64,000 bases of DNA from an uncultured Pelagibacteraceae bacterium (lineage in GTDB: Bacteria > Pseudomonadota > Alphaproteobacteria > Pelagibacterales > Pelagibacteraceae): NCBI GenBank assembly GCA_902524105.1, contig CABZCD010000001.1:12733-76732 (forward strand), written 5' to 3'. Below, piece after piece: positions 11,109-22,478 of this stretch. Numbering within the stretch: the first letter of the stretch is position 1; every line of letters starts with the position of its first letter. Position numbers and translations under genes: made by a program. The notes below the pieces were generated by a model that did not search any database, was not told the DNA's origin, and saw nothing but the letters and a program-made list of their open reading frames with translations.

Positions 11109-12239
11109 ATGAAAAAACATAAAATATGCATTGTAGGTGGCGGCTTAACTGGTCTGATATCTGCGCTTGTTTTAAGCGAAAGAGGATTAGATATTGATCT
11201 AATAGTTGAAAATACTGCTTCTAAAAACAAGGATTTAAGAGTTACAGCAATATCTGAAAAAAATATGGAATTTTTAAAATCCACAATAAATAATATTAAT
11301 TTAAAATTATTCTATCCTGTAAAAAAAATTAATCTTTTTTTTGAGAAGAATAATCAAACCAAAAATTTTTTAAATTTTGATGAAAATAAGAATTTAATGT
11401 ACTTTTTTGAAAACAGATTGACCAAAGAACATTTATCTAAATTATTAAAAAAAACAAAAATTAAAGTCCAAAAAAAAACAATAAAATCAATCGATCTAGC
11501 TGAAAATAAAGTTTTTACTTATTTGTCTTCAAAATCTTATGATTTAATAGTTTTATGTTTGGGATCAAACTCTCCAATTTATCAAAAGATAAATGGCAAC
11601 AGGGAAATCCATAAAAATTACAAAGAGCACTCTATAACTTGTTCTGTTAAACATCAGATTAAAGATATTGGAGCTCAACAGTTTTTTTTAAAAGAAGGAC
11701 CTCTTGCAATATTACCCTATAATAAAAATAGATTTTCCATAGTATGGAGCATTGAAGATAGATATTTTATAAAAAATAAAAAAAATATTTCAAACTATTT
11801 AAAAACTAAATTATCAAATTTATTGAAAACAAATAAAATATCTTTAGGAAATATTCAAAGTTATCCTTTAAAATTATCGTTAAAAAGAAACTATTACAAA
11901 AAAAATACAATAATCCTAGGAGATGGACTACACGTAGTTCACCCTTTAGCAGGACAAGGGTTCAATTTAATTTTAAGAGATATTAAAAAATTAAATGAAC
12001 TTATTTCCAATAATCTTAGATTAGGTTTAACTATTAAAGACTCGAATATTCCAAAAGATTTATCAGATAGTAGAAAACCAGAAAATTTACTGATGGGACT
12101 TGGGATAGACAGTACAAGAAAATTTTTTAAGAGTAATAAATATTTGGATCCAATTAAAGAAAATATTTTAAAAAATTTTTCTAAATCAAGTTTATTAAAA
12201 AAAATCACTAAAAGAGTTGCGAACCTAGGTTTAAACTAA
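11109..12239 (+). CDS. UbiH/UbiL-family FAD-dependent monooxygenase (ubiquinone hydroxylase)
   Basis: IVGGGLTG Rossmann motif, GPLAILP, GD.LH.VHPLAGQGFNL. Confidence 0.9.
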   Translation: MKKHKICIVGGGLTGLISALVLSERGLDIDLIVENTASKNKDLRVTAISEKNMEFLKSTINNINLKLFYPVKKINLFFEKNNQTKNFLNFDENKNLMYFFENRLTKEHLSKLLKKTKIKVQKKTIKSIDLAENKVFTYLSSKSYDLIVLCLGSNSPIYQKINGNREIHKNYKEHSITCSVKHQIKDIGAQQFFLKEGPLAILPYNKNRFSIVWSIEDRYFIKNKKNISNYLKTKLSNLLKTNKISLGNIQSYPLKLSLKRNYYKKNTIILGDGLHVVHPLAGQGFNLILRDIKKLNELISNNLRLGLTIKDSNIPKDLSDSRKPENLLMGLGIDSTRKFFKSNKYLDPIKENILKNFSKSSLLKKITKRVANLGLN

Positions 12240-13567
12240 TGAACATTTTTGCTCTGTCATCTGGTAGAGGTCCATGTGGTATAGCTATTATTAGAATGTC
12301 GGGACCTGATACTTTAAATATTTGCAAACTGATTTCCAAAGAGAATAAAATCAAAGAAAATGAGATAAACCTATGTAAGTTTTTTGATCCAAGCAATGAT
12401 ACTATTATTGATCCAGAGGCTTTAATATTATGGTTTCCAAAACCGAATAGTTTTACAGGTGATGATTTAGCAGAATTTCATGTCCATGGAAGTAACGCGA
12501 TTATTAGCTATTTTTTAAAAGTATTATCTAGTCAAAAAAACTGCAGAATGGCTGAACCGGGAGAGTTTACTAAAGTTGCTTTTCAAAATAATAAAATTGA
12601 CTTATTAAAAGCTGAAAGTATAGGCGATTTAATACATTCTGAAACTGAACTACAAAGAAAACAAGCGGTAAATTTAGTTAACGGGCATGCTTCTAAATAT
12701 TATGATGATTTAAGATCAAAATTGGTAAAATCCCTCTCTTTCATTGAGGCTAAAATTGATTTTGCTGAGGATGACCTTCCTGAAAACGTCTTAAAAGAAG
12801 CCCATAAATCGATTAAATCAATACACAGTGATATAAGTAAAATTATTGATGATAACAAAGTAGGTGAAAAAATCAGAGACGGATTTAGAGTATCAATTGT
12901 TGGAGAAACCAATGTAGGGAAGTCATCGTTATTAAATTTGCTATCAAAAAGAGATGCAGCAATAGTCTCTGATGAAGCCGGAACAACTAGAGATGTGATT
13001 GAGACATATCTTAACTTAGATGGTTATCCAGTCATTCTTGCTGATACAGCTGGAATTAGAGTAGCTAAGAATGACGTTGAAAAAAAAGGAATATCATTAG
13101 CGTTAAGCAAATTTAAAGAAGCTGATTTAAATATTGTAGTAGTTGATAATTCAAATAAAAAAATTAGCGATAAAATAAAGTCTATGATTAATAAAGACTC
13201 AATAGTTTTATTAAATAAATCTGATGTCCAAGCTAAAGAAAATCATAAATTTGATGTAGATACTGTACTGGCTTCTGTTAAAGATAATAAGAATATTGAT
13301 AAATTAATAAATTTAATTAAACAAAAGCTTAATAAAAAATTTACATCAAATAACAGTGCTTTAATTACAAGAGAGAGACATAGAGTAAAGCTAAACGAGT
13401 GCTTGAAAGAGATAGACAAGTTTCTAAAGAAAGACCAAAACAAAGACTTAGAATTAGCTGCTGAAGATCTTAGAATGGCTACACGACACCTCGGTAGTAT
13501 TGTTGGAAAAGTCGATGTAGAGGAGATTTTAGGGTCAATTTTCAAGGATTTTTGCATAGGCAAATAA
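12239..13567 (+). CDS. mnmE: tRNA modification GTPase MnmE
   Basis: GETNVGKSS, GTTRD, DTAG, NKSD, FCIGK terminus. Confidence 0.97.
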   Translation: MNIFALSSGRGPCGIAIIRMSGPDTLNICKLISKENKIKENEINLCKFFDPSNDTIIDPEALILWFPKPNSFTGDDLAEFHVHGSNAIISYFLKVLSSQKNCRMAEPGEFTKVAFQNNKIDLLKAESIGDLIHSETELQRKQAVNLVNGHASKYYDDLRSKLVKSLSFIEAKIDFAEDDLPENVLKEAHKSIKSIHSDISKIIDDNKVGEKIRDGFRVSIVGETNVGKSSLLNLLSKRDAAIVSDEAGTTRDVIETYLNLDGYPVILADTAGIRVAKNDVEKKGISLALSKFKEADLNIVVVDNSNKKISDKIKSMINKDSIVLLNKSDVQAKENHKFDVDTVLASVKDNKNIDKLINLIKQKLNKKFTSNNSALITRERHRVKLNECLKEIDKFLKKDQNKDLELAAEDLRMATRHLGSIVGKVDVEEILGSIFKDFCIGK

Positions 13568-13631
13568 TAATAATTAATTTCGTGCAGTAATTACTTCTTG
13601 TAATATTAATAATCAGAGTTACATTCTAATT

Positions 13632-15500
13632 ATGACTAAACAAAACTATGATGTAGTAGTTATAGGTGGTGGACATGCTGGATGTGAGGCCGCTGCAGCT
13701 TCCGCTAGAATGGGCGTCAATACTGCACTTTTTACACATAAAATTGAGACCATTGGTGAGATGTCGTGCAATCCAGCCATAGGTGGACTAGGCAAAGGCC
13801 ATCTGGTTCGTGAAATTGATGCACTTGATGGTGTGATGGGCGTTGTTGCCGATAAATCAGGTATCCAGTTTCGATTGTTAAACAGCAGCAGAGGTCCAGC
13901 TGTTAGAGGACCACGAACTCAATCAGACAGAGCTCTTTATAAGGAACACATGCAAAAAGTTTTACTTAATTATAAAAACTTAACTGTGATAGCCGACCCT
14001 GTAGTTAAATTTCTGTTTAATGATAATCAGGTCATAGGATTTATATGTCAAAGCGGGAAGGAGATAAGGTGTAAAGAACTTATCTTGACGACTGGAACAT
14101 TTTTAAACGGATTAATTCACATAGGAGCAACTCAAATCCCTGCAGGAAGATATAATGAGAAACCATCCACTGGCCTGAGTGAACAACTATCTAAATTCAA
14201 AATGAAAATAGGTAGACTAAAAACTGGTACTCCCCCTAGATTGGATGGGTCGACAATTAATTATGATGATTTAGAAATGCAGCCTGCTGATGCAGATCCT
14301 TATTTTTTTTCTTTTTTAACAAATAAGCTAGAAAACAAACAGATTTCATGTGGCATGACTTACACTAACGATAAGGTACATAAAATTATTAGTGATAATA
14401 TTAATAAGAGTGCAATGTACTCTGGTAACATCAAAGGTGTGGGGCCGAGATATTGTCCATCAATCGAAGATAAGATTGTAAAGTTTAAGGAAAAGCAAAA
14501 ACATCAAATCTTTTTGGAACCCGAAGGATTAAAGGACAATACTGTTTACCCAAATGGTATATCTACCTCTTTACCAGAGGAGGTTCAACTCAAAATATTA
14601 AGTAAAATCAAGGGTTTAGAGACCGTTAAGATGAAAAGAGCGGGTTATGCTATAGAGTATGATTATGTAGATCCCAGAGAACTACATCCCACTTTAGAGA
14701 CAAAAAAAATTAAATCTTTATTTTTAGCAGGTCAAATTAATGGAACTACTGGATATGAAGAAGCCGCTGGGCAAGGTTTGATTGCAGGTATTAACGCAGC
14801 ATTAAAAACTTTAAAAAAGGAGGAATTTATTTTAGATAGATCTGAGTCTTACATTGGTGTGATGATAGATGATTTAATTACGAAAGGTGTTTCTGAACCA
14901 TATCGTATGTTCACTTCAAGAGCTGAATATAGACTTTCTTTAAGAGCAGATAATGCAGATCAAAGGTTAACCCCATCAGGTATCAAAATAAATTGTGTTC
15001 GAATAGACAGATCAAAAATATTTTTAGATAAACAAAAAAAATTAATTCAGATATTAGATCACCTTAAATCAAATTTAATATCTCCTAATGAAGCTAGTAA
15101 GCATAATATAAAAATTGCTCAAGATGGTGTTAAAAGATCTGGTATAGAACTTATGGCTCAGCGAAATTTAAATATGGCAAAAATAAGGCAGATATGGCCT
15201 TCGTTACCCGCATATGGAGCTGATTTGGACGGTCAAGTTGAAATCGATGCTCATTACTCTGGTTACCTGAAAAGACAGTCTCATGACATAGCTGCTTTCA
15301 AAAAGGATGAAGGCGTTAAGATACCTGATAAGATTGATTACGATATCTTCAGCGGTCTATCTAATGAGATTAAATCGAAGTTAAAGATCGTTAGACCGAA
15401 AACTTTAGGTCAAGCTCTAAGAATTGATGGTGTCACTCCTGCTGCAGCTATAATACTGTTGGGTTATATTAAATCAAAAAATAAAAGGGCTTCAGCTTGA
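13632..15500 (+). CDS. mnmG: tRNA uridine 5-carboxymethylaminomethyl modification enzyme MnmG (GidA)
   Basis: [42 protein letters not shown]. Confidence 0.98.
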   Translation: MTKQNYDVVVIGGGHAGCEAAAASARMGVNTALFTHKIETIGEMSCNPAIGGLGKGHLVREIDALDGVMGVVADKSGIQFRLLNSSRGPAVRGPRTQSDRALYKEHMQKVLLNYKNLTVIADPVVKFLFNDNQVIGFICQSGKEIRCKELILTTGTFLNGLIHIGATQIPAGRYNEKPSTGLSEQLSKFKMKIGRLKTGTPPRLDGSTINYDDLEMQPADADPYFFSFLTNKLENKQISCGMTYTNDKVHKIISDNINKSAMYSGNIKGVGPRYCPSIEDKIVKFKEKQKHQIFLEPEGLKDNTVYPNGISTSLPEEVQLKILSKIKGLETVKMKRAGYAIEYDYVDPRELHPTLETKKIKSLFLAGQINGTTGYEEAAGQGLIAGINAALKTLKKEEFILDRSESYIGVMIDDLITKGVSEPYRMFTSRAEYRLSLRADNADQRLTPSGIKINCVRIDRSKIFLDKQKKLIQILDHLKSNLISPNEASKHNIKIAQDGVKRSGIELMAQRNLNMAKIRQIWPSLPAYGADLDGQVEIDAHYSGYLKRQSHDIAAFKKDEGVKIPDKIDYDIFSGLSNEIKSKLKIVRPKTLGQALRIDGVTPAAAIILLGYIKSKNKRASA

Positions 15501-16117
15501 TATCTGAGACAGATGTTAAAAGAATTCTCTCACAAAAACTAAAATTTGATGCTCCAAAAATAAATAAATTAGAAAATTTTGTAAAAAATCTCCTTATTTT
15601 TAATAAAAAACGAAATTTAATCGCTAAAAGTACAGAAAAACGGGTATGGGATAGACATATTTTAGATAGCGCTCAATTAATTAAATTTATAGATCCTAAA
15701 AACTGTACAGGAATAGCAGATTTAGGTTCAGGAGGAGGTTTTCCAGGCATTATTTTAGCTTTATACTATCAAAATTACAATTTTCACGTGAAATTATATG
15801 AGAAATCACCAATAAAATCGGCTTTTTTATTCCATATATCAAAAATATTAGATTTAAAATGTAAAATTATTTGTAGTGACGTGAAATCGATTAAAATTGA
15901 GTCAAATCATGTAGTTTGTAGAGCTTTTCGAAAATTACCCTATATATTGAATATTTCACGTGAAAACTGTGTAAAAAAACATAAAATAATAGTAATGAAA
16001 GGAAAAAATGCACAAGAGGAGATAAATAATACTTCCCAGATGATAAATTATAAGTATAGATTAGAGAATAGCATTACAGATAATGATTCTAAAATAATTA
16101 TCCTGAATGCAGAATAA
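15497..16117 (+). CDS. rsmG: 16S rRNA m7G527 methyltransferase RsmG (GidB)
   Basis: [23 protein letters not shown]; mnmG-rsmG-parAB order. Confidence 0.95.
   Translation: MISETDVKRILSQKLKFDAPKINKLENFVKNLLIFNKKRNLIAKSTEKRVWDRHILDSAQLIKFIDPKNCTGIADLGSGGGFPGIILALYYQNYNFHVKLYEKSPIKSAFLFHISKILDLKCKIICSDVKSIKIESNHVVCRAFRKLPYILNISRENCVKKHKIIVMKGKNAQEEINNTSQMINYKYRLENSITDNDSKIIILNAE
15780..15795. promoter_or_regulatory. parS-like centromere site 1 (inside rsmG)
   Basis: ATTTTCACGTGAAATT; central 12 bp identical to the parS consensus TGTTTCACGTGAAACA; upstream of parAB. Confidence 0.8.
15952..15967. promoter_or_regulatory. parS-like centromere site 2 (inside rsmG)
   Basis: TATTTCACGTGAAAAC; same 12-bp palindromic core, 172 bp from site 1. 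Confidence 0.8.
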
Positions 16118-16122
16118 ATTTT

Positions 16123-16917
16123 GTGAAAACAAATATTATAGCTGTCATTAATCAAAAGGGTGGAGTGGGCAAAACCACAACTGTAATTAATTTAGCAGCA
16201 TCATTGTCCATTTTGGGTCAAAATAATCTTGTCATAGATTTGGATCCACAAGGGAACGCAACTACAGGTTTGGGTAAATCAAATAATGATGATGACAAAA
16301 ATATTTATAATCTTTTAATAAAAAAAATTAATTTAAAAGATGGTTTACAAAAAACTAATATAAAAAATTTAGATATATTTGGGTCGAACGTAAATCTTTC
16401 TGGCTTAGAAGTTGAAACAGCTAATGATGAAAACAGAGCTTTCATATTAAAGGAAATTCTAAAAAATAACCCTGAAATTATAAATCAGTACGATAATATT
16501 TTTATAGATTGCCCTCCATCATTAAGCTTACTAACAATTATGGCTTTGGTTTCTTCGAACGAAATATTGGTACCTTTACAAACTGAATTCTTTGCTCTGG
16601 AGGGAATAACTCAACTCGTTAAAACAATCGATAGAATTAAAGTGAATTTAAACCCAACTTTAAGCGTAAGAGGAATATTATTAACTATGTTTGACAAAAG
16701 GAACAAATTATCTTCTCAAGTCGATAAAGAAGCAAGAAATTATTTTAAAGAAAAAGTGTATCAATCTGTAATACCAAGAAACGTTAGATTGTCCGAAGCT
16801 CCTTCTCACGGTCAACCTTGTGTAACTTATGATAAGTCTTGTAGCGGTAGTAAAGCATACTTTAAATTAGCGGAAGAATTTAAAAGTCAAACAAATAAAA
16901 TAGGTAGCGCAGCATGA
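16123..16917 (+). CDS. parA: Chromosome partitioning ATPase ParA
   Basis: NQKGGVGKTT deviant Walker A, DLDPQGN, IDCPP, IPRNVRLSEAPS. Confidence 0.97.
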   Translation: MKTNIIAVINQKGGVGKTTTVINLAASLSILGQNNLVIDLDPQGNATTGLGKSNNDDDKNIYNLLIKKINLKDGLQKTNIKNLDIFGSNVNLSGLEVETANDENRAFILKEILKNNPEIINQYDNIFIDCPPSLSLLTIMALVSSNEILVPLQTEFFALEGITQLVKTIDRIKVNLNPTLSVRGILLTMFDKRNKLSSQVDKEARNYFKEKVYQSVIPRNVRLSEAPSHGQPCVTYDKSCSGSKAYFKLAEEFKSQTNKIGSAA

Positions 16918-17768
16918 ATGCAAAAAAAAAAGGTTTAGGGAAAGGGTTATCAGCACTATTTGGGGATCAAAAAAAGCCTGAAAACATTGATAAAATTGAA
17001 GCAAATGAGCAAAAAGCTCTTATAGGAGAATTAGCTAGAAACAAGTATCAGCCTAGGACAATTTTCGATGAAACTAAATTAGAAGAACTTTCCAAATCAA
17101 TAAAACAAAATGGAATCATTCAACCTATTGCAGTCCGAAAAAATAATTCGTCATCAGAGCCCTATGAAATAGTTGCAGGCGAAAGAAGATGGTTAGCTGC
17201 TCAAAAAGCTGGGTTACATGAAGTTCCCATTACAATTTTAGACTTGAATGATAATGAAACTTTAGAAGTAGCTATTGTTGAAAACATTCAAAGGGAAGAT
17301 TTAAATATTGTTGAAGAAGCGAGAGGTTATAAAAGATTGAATGAAGAATTCAATTATGATCAGGATAAAATTGCCACTATGATGTCTCGAAGTAGGAGTC
17401 ACATAAGCAATACCTTAAGACTATTAAATCTTCCAAAAGATATTATTGCAATGCTAGAACAAGGCGAACTAACAGCAGGTCAAGCTAGACCTTTAATAGG
17501 AATGCCAAACGCTTCAGCAATTGCTGAGGAAATAGTTGCAAAAAAACTTTCTGCTAGATCAATAGAAAATATAAAAAAAAAAAACACCAAATCATTTACT
17601 ATTGATCCGAATATTTTTGATGCGCAAAGAGACATTGAGAGATCTCTTGGCTTAAAAGTATCAATTCAGAATAAAAAAAATAATTCAGGAAAATTAACTG
17701 TCGAATATAAAAATTTAGATCAATTAGAGTTAGTGTCAACTCTGCTTAGAAATAAGTCCAAGAATTAG
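16914..17768 (+). CDS. parB: Chromosome partitioning protein ParB
   Basis: GLGKGLSAL ParA-binding peptide, AGERRW, ENIQREDL, HTH SRSHISNTLRL. Confidence 0.97.
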   Translation: MNAKKKGLGKGLSALFGDQKKPENIDKIEANEQKALIGELARNKYQPRTIFDETKLEELSKSIKQNGIIQPIAVRKNNSSSEPYEIVAGERRWLAAQKAGLHEVPITILDLNDNETLEVAIVENIQREDLNIVEEARGYKRLNEEFNYDQDKIATMMSRSRSHISNTLRLLNLPKDIIAMLEQGELTAGQARPLIGMPNASAIAEEIVAKKLSARSIENIKKKNTKSFTIDPNIFDAQRDIERSLGLKVSIQNKKNNSGKLTVEYKNLDQLELVSTLLRNKSKN

Positions 17769-18747
17769 AACAAATATTTGTAATTGTGTTTTTTACAATT
17801 GTTAAATTATTTAATGCGGTGTTATATTTTATATTATTTTCGATTTTGCCCAAATACTTCAACGCTTCAATAACCTTTTGTTTATCCCATTTTTTTAACA
17901 ATTTTATAAACACAGGTTTATCTTTCCAAAATATAGGTGGTCGTATTTTAGAAACTAAAGTTTCAAAGTCTTCTTTGTCTAAATTTTGATTATGAATTTC
18001 CAAAAGTTTTATTAATCTATAATTTATTGTGTTTAAATACATAAATGTGTCATCATTAGAAAAGGTAAAATTATCTAACAAGTTGTTTAATTTGATTTTG
18101 TCTCCATCTAAAGCAGCATCTCTTATATTTTCAAATATTTCATTTCTATCAGAATTAAGAAGTGTTTCTAAACTTTCCTCTGATAATATTTTCTTTTCAT
18201 AATAGGATCTAATTTTTTCAATATTGTTTAAAATATTTTTCCTATTCGAATTAGAGTAGTTTAAGATCATATTAATAGAACTAGCATTAAGATTTTTAAA
18301 ATCAATTAACTCTTTTTGAATTAATTTTCTTAAAGTAAAATCATTATCATTATAACAAGGAATAATTGCTAAGTTTTTTTCTTTTTCAAAAAGAGACCTC
18401 AACTTTGATTTTTTATCAAGTAAATCAGCTATAAGTACAATTTTTACATTTTCTTTCCTGTCTAATAAATTTTCTATATCAGAAAAATTTTTATCATTTG
18501 CATGATTCATAAAAATAATCTTATCTTTAGTGAATAAAGAAATATTTTTTACTTCATCTGAAATTATATTCTTATTTTTAATTATGTCTTCTTGATAGAG
18601 ATTAATTACTTCTGCTTTTATATTAAAATTTATTATTTTTTTTTTTAGAGCTTCTTTTAGCCCGACGTTTTCACCATAAATAAGTATAAAATTAAATTTA
18701 AAAATGTTATTAATATTGTTTTCGATTTCAAAACTTTTAATTATCAT
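17746..18747 (-). CDS. holA: DNA polymerase III delta subunit
   Basis: LIYGEN.G, SKLR..FE, PCY.D, RPPIFWK; leuS-lptE-holA order. Confidence 0.88.
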   Translation of the reverse strand: MIIKSFEIENNINNIFKFNFILIYGENVGLKEALKKKIINFNIKAEVINLYQEDIIKNKNIISDEVKNISLFTKDKIIFMNHANDKNFSDIENLLDRKENVKIVLIADLLDKKSKLRSLFEKEKNLAIIPCYNDNDFTLRKLIQKELIDFKNLNASSINMILNYSNSNRKNILNNIEKIRSYYEKKILSEESLETLLNSDRNEIFENIRDAALDGDKIKLNNLLDNFTFSNDDTFMYLNTINYRLIKLLEIHNQNLDKEDFETLVSKIRPPIFWKDKPVFIKLLKKWDKQKVIEALKYLGKIENNIKYNTALNNLTIVKNTITNICSNSWTYF

Positions 18748-18748
18748 C

Positions 18749-19222
18749 TTAACTATAATAAATTCTTAACTGATCTAATATTTCATTTACAATTTTATCT
18801 ATCAATGAATTGTTTGCTTCTTTTGAATTATTCACAGTATTTGAATAACTATCCTCCACATTGTATGTCTGATTAGCTTTGTATACTCTTTGTATTTCTC
18901 TGTTTGTATTTAAATCGATTATTTTAACGTCAGCCGATAATTCTAAATTATATTTGGTCACCTTGTTTTGAATATTCTTTTCCTTAATAGTCTTCTTTTT
19001 GGTTAAATCTATTAAAATCTTTATTCTATTTGTGCTTTTCTCGTTTGAAAATCGTTGAATTCTTTTCTTTACTATAAAAGTTTCTCTATAATCACCGTTA
19101 ACTGTAAACTCTTTTATATAAAATTTTTTCTGGTCAATAGAATTCATTTTTTGATACGAACATGAGCTTGAAAAAAATATACTTATAAATGCAATTATAA
19201 TTACTGATTTAATTATTTTCAT
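18749..19222 (-). CDS. lptE: LptE-like LPS-assembly lipoprotein
   Basis: Signal peptide with lipobox-like SSC-SY; lies between leuS and holA. Confidence 0.7.
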   Translation of the reverse strand: MKIIKSVIIIAFISIFFSSSCSYQKMNSIDQKKFYIKEFTVNGDYRETFIVKKRIQRFSNEKSTNRIKILIDLTKKKTIKEKNIQNKVTKYNLELSADVKIIDLNTNREIQRVYKANQTYNVEDSYSNTVNNSKEANNSLIDKIVNEILDQLRIYYS

Positions 19223-21747
19223 TGTTTTATGATAAAGTTTATAATTCTATCCTTTACAAAAATAACTTTATTTATAGTTTTATTAAAAATCTTATCTTTG
19301 ATTTTAATATTATTTTTACAAAGTTTTTCGACGGAATTTTGATTAACACCTTTTTCTATTTCAATTACATCTCTTGTTTTGCCATTAATTTGTATAGCCA
19401 TTTTAATTTTTTCTTTAAGTATTAATTTTGTATCTATTTGTGGCCAAGCCTTAATTTCTTTAATGCCTAATATATCTAAACATTCATATGCGATGTGTGG
19501 GGTGAATGGAATAAGCATTTTTACAAGGATTGCTAAGTTGCTCTTTAGACTTTTATTACTAATTTCCTTTCCTAGATGTTCATTGAACAAGTTATAAATT
19601 TCATAAACATTAGCCACTACTACATTAAGGTTAAAGTCGTTAATAGATTTAGTAATTTTATTTACGTATGAGTTCATTTTTAAATCAAAATCTTTATCAA
19701 GGATATTTTTTTTCTCAGTTCTTTCATTAATTGTACAACAGAGATTGTGTATTTTTTGAAGAAATTTATAGGCAGCGTTTACACCTTGATTTGACCATTG
19801 AATATCTTTTTCTGGAGGACTGTCGGAGAGTATAAACCATCTTACTGAATCGGCTCCATATGTTTTGATCATATTTTCAGGATCAATCACGTTTTTTTTT
19901 GACTTAGACATTGACTCAGAAGGACCAACTTTAACCTCACTTTTGTCAGATATCTTTAAAAATTTTCCATCGTAATTTTTTTCGACTTCTGATGGGGTTA
20001 ACCATTTTCCATTTTTATCCTTATAAGTTTCATGACAAACCATTCCTTGAGTAAATAAACCTTTGAAAGGCTCGCTGTCTTTAATTTTTTTTTTATTTTT
20101 TTTTAAAGCTCTCATAAAGAATCTTGAGTAAAGTAAATGAAGAATTGCGTGTTCTATGCCCCCAATATATTGATCAACTGGCATCCAGTAATTAACTTTT
20201 TCAATGTCAAAAGGCTCAGATTTTAACCCTGGGGAGCAAAATCTTAAGAAATACCAAGAAGAGTCAACAAATGTGTCTAGAGTATCTGTTTCTCTAGTTG
20301 CTGGCTTACCAGTTTTTTTATGAATAGTTTTTTTCCAACTTTTGTGTTTCTCCAACGGATTTCCACTTTGACTTAAATCAATATCGTCAGGTAGTTTCAC
20401 TGGCAATTCACTTTTTTCAACCGGTACAATTGTTCCATCTTCCAGATGTATCATGGGAATAGGGCAACCCCAGTATCTCTGTCTTGAGATCCCCCAGTCT
20501 TTTAATCTAAAAGTAATTTTGCTTTCTCCAATTTTTAATTTTTCAATTTTATTTATAATTTTAGTTTTAGCTTCATCAACTTTTAAACCATTAAGAAAAT
20601 CAGAATTTATTATTGTGCCATCCCCTACATAAGCTTCTGATAATTTATCAAAATTTTTTGGCTTGGAAGGATTATCCGAAACAACTTCTGTAATTTCAAG
20701 ATTATATTTTTTTGCAAAATCTAAATCTCTTTGATCATGAGCAGGACAACCAAATATTGCTCCTGTTCCGTAGTCCATTAAAATAAAATTTGCAACGTAA
20801 ACTGGTAGTTTTTTACCTTTAATAAATGGATGTTCAGCAAATAGTTTTGTATTAAAACCTATTTTTTCAGCGTTTGCTAATGCCTCTTCGGTAGTGCCAA
20901 CTTTCAAACAATCTTCCTTAAATTTGTTATAGTTTTTATCGTTTATAAATTTGTTACATATAGGATGATCTACAGACACAGCTATAAAAGATGCTCCAAA
21001 TATTGTGTCTGGTCGAGTCGTAAAAACATTAATTGGCTTTTTTTCATCTAAAACATTAAATTTAATTTCACAGCCTACAGACTTACCAATCCAGTTTTTT
21101 TGCATTATTTTGACCTTTTCAGGCCAATTCTTAAGCTTATCTAATCCTTTTAGTAACTCTTCTGAAAATTTTGTAATGTCGAAAAACCATTGAGAAAGTT
21201 TTTTTCGTTCAACAACAGCACCTGAACGCCATCCTTTTCCATTAACAACTTGTTCGTTAGCTAAAACTGTTTGTTCAACCGGATCCCAATTTACGTAATT
21301 CTCCTTTCTTTTTACAAAGCCTTTATTATAAAAATCTATAAATATTTCTTGCTGATGTTTGTAGTAGTTCTCATCACAGGTAGAAACCTCTAAATCCCAG
21401 TCAATTGACAAACCCATTAGCTTTAGTTGTCTTTTCATTTCTGATATATTTTTTTCAGTCCATTTTTTTGGGTGTAATTTGTTTTCTTTTGCGGCATTTT
21501 CTGCCGGTAAACCAAAAGCATCCCAACCCATGGGATGTAGAACGTTATATCCATTCATAAATTTGAAACGTGCTATTACATCGCCTATCGTGTAATTTCT
21601 TACATGCCCCATATGTATTTTACCTGAGGGGTAAGGAAACATTTCTAAACAATAAAATTTTTTAGAACTTTTACTGTTATAAAGTTTTTGTTTTTCAAAT
21701 GTAGATTGCCATTTTTTTTCAATTGCTTGAAAATTCAGTCTTTCCAT
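19219..21747 (-). CDS. leuS: Leucine--tRNA ligase
   Basis: MFPYPSG.IHMGH (HIGH), SMSKS (KMSKS), [10 protein letters not shown]. Confidence 0.98.
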   Translation of the reverse strand: MERLNFQAIEKKWQSTFEKQKLYNSKSSKKFYCLEMFPYPSGKIHMGHVRNYTIGDVIARFKFMNGYNVLHPMGWDAFGLPAENAAKENKLHPKKWTEKNISEMKRQLKLMGLSIDWDLEVSTCDENYYKHQQEIFIDFYNKGFVKRKENYVNWDPVEQTVLANEQVVNGKGWRSGAVVERKKLSQWFFDITKFSEELLKGLDKLKNWPEKVKIMQKNWIGKSVGCEIKFNVLDEKKPINVFTTRPDTIFGASFIAVSVDHPICNKFINDKNYNKFKEDCLKVGTTEEALANAEKIGFNTKLFAEHPFIKGKKLPVYVANFILMDYGTGAIFGCPAHDQRDLDFAKKYNLEITEVVSDNPSKPKNFDKLSEAYVGDGTIINSDFLNGLKVDEAKTKIINKIEKLKIGESKITFRLKDWGISRQRYWGCPIPMIHLEDGTIVPVEKSELPVKLPDDIDLSQSGNPLEKHKSWKKTIHKKTGKPATRETDTLDTFVDSSWYFLRFCSPGLKSEPFDIEKVNYWMPVDQYIGGIEHAILHLLYSRFFMRALKKNKKKIKDSEPFKGLFTQGMVCHETYKDKNGKWLTPSEVEKNYDGKFLKISDKSEVKVGPSESMSKSKKNVIDPENMIKTYGADSVRWFILSDSPPEKDIQWSNQGVNAAYKFLQKIHNLCCTINERTEKKNILDKDFDLKMNSYVNKITKSINDFNLNVVVANVYEIYNLFNEHLGKEISNKSLKSNLAILVKMLIPFTPHIAYECLDILGIKEIKAWPQIDTKLILKEKIKMAIQINGKTRDVIEIEKGVNQNSVEKLCKNNIKIKDKIFNKTINKVIFVKDRIINFIIKQ

Positions 21748-21759
21748 AATTTCAAAACT

Positions 21760-22275
21760 TTACTTTTTTTGTTGTTTTTCCAAGATAGCAGCTTCTTTCA
21801 AAATTGATGCTATAAGTTCTTCCTGTATTCTTGACTTGAACAGTTCAACATTACAGGTCTGATTTACAGAGCACTTTTTTCTATGGACATTAACTTTAAT
21901 ACTATTTGTTTGTACTTTGTTTGATAAAAATCTGACAGTAATTTTAAGTGCTTGATCTTTATTTGAATTATCCGTGTACCAATCTGATATAATAACTCCA
22001 CCAGAATAATCTACAGTGCTGAGTGGTAAAAAATCTAAAATATCCAATGTAGCTCTCCACATTGGATTAGAAGTACTAAATTCATAATTAGTCGATCCTC
22101 TTGCTTTGCCTACCATTTGACCTAGACCTACTCCTCTTCCTTCTCTTACATTTTGTTTAGCTCTTTCAGGTCCAGATATTGGAACTTTTCTAGTATCTAC
22201 TTTTTTAAATCCTCCACACGATACAATTGATGAAAAAAGAAAAAAACAGGCTATGATTTTGATAATTTTTCTCAT
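21760..22275 (-). CDS. DUF3576-like lipoprotein
   Basis: Lipobox IVSC, N.MWRATLD.LDFLPL..VD..GGVIISDWY; usual position between porin and leuS. Confidence 0.8.
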   Translation of the reverse strand: MRKIIKIIACFFLFSSIVSCGGFKKVDTRKVPISGPERAKQNVREGRGVGLGQMVGKARGSTNYEFSTSNPMWRATLDILDFLPLSTVDYSGGVIISDWYTDNSNKDQALKITVRFLSNKVQTNSIKVNVHRKKCSVNQTCNVELFKSRIQEELIASILKEAAILEKQQKK

Positions 22276-22478
22276 TTTTTGGCTTACAGACCATTAAATA
22301 GCATTGTTTATTTAAAATCCAATGAAAATAGGCAAAATAGGGGCTTTTTGCAGTGTGATATTTATACAACATATAGTTAGAATATTAAAGAATTTAATAT
22401 CTTTTAATACAATTCAACTATCAAAAGGTAGATAAATAGCTTGTTAATTATAATTAACGTTTAAACAAAGGAGAAACA

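Noticed and set aside
13568-13631. AT-rich gap before mnmG as a candidate oriC
   Set aside because: Only 64 nt and no DnaA-box cluster; more likely a promoter. oriC could not be located in this window
22443-22458. GTTAATTATAATTAAC as a CtrA box
   Set aside because: TTAA half-sites are 6 nt apart rather than the 7 nt CtrA requires; kept only as an unassigned palindrome
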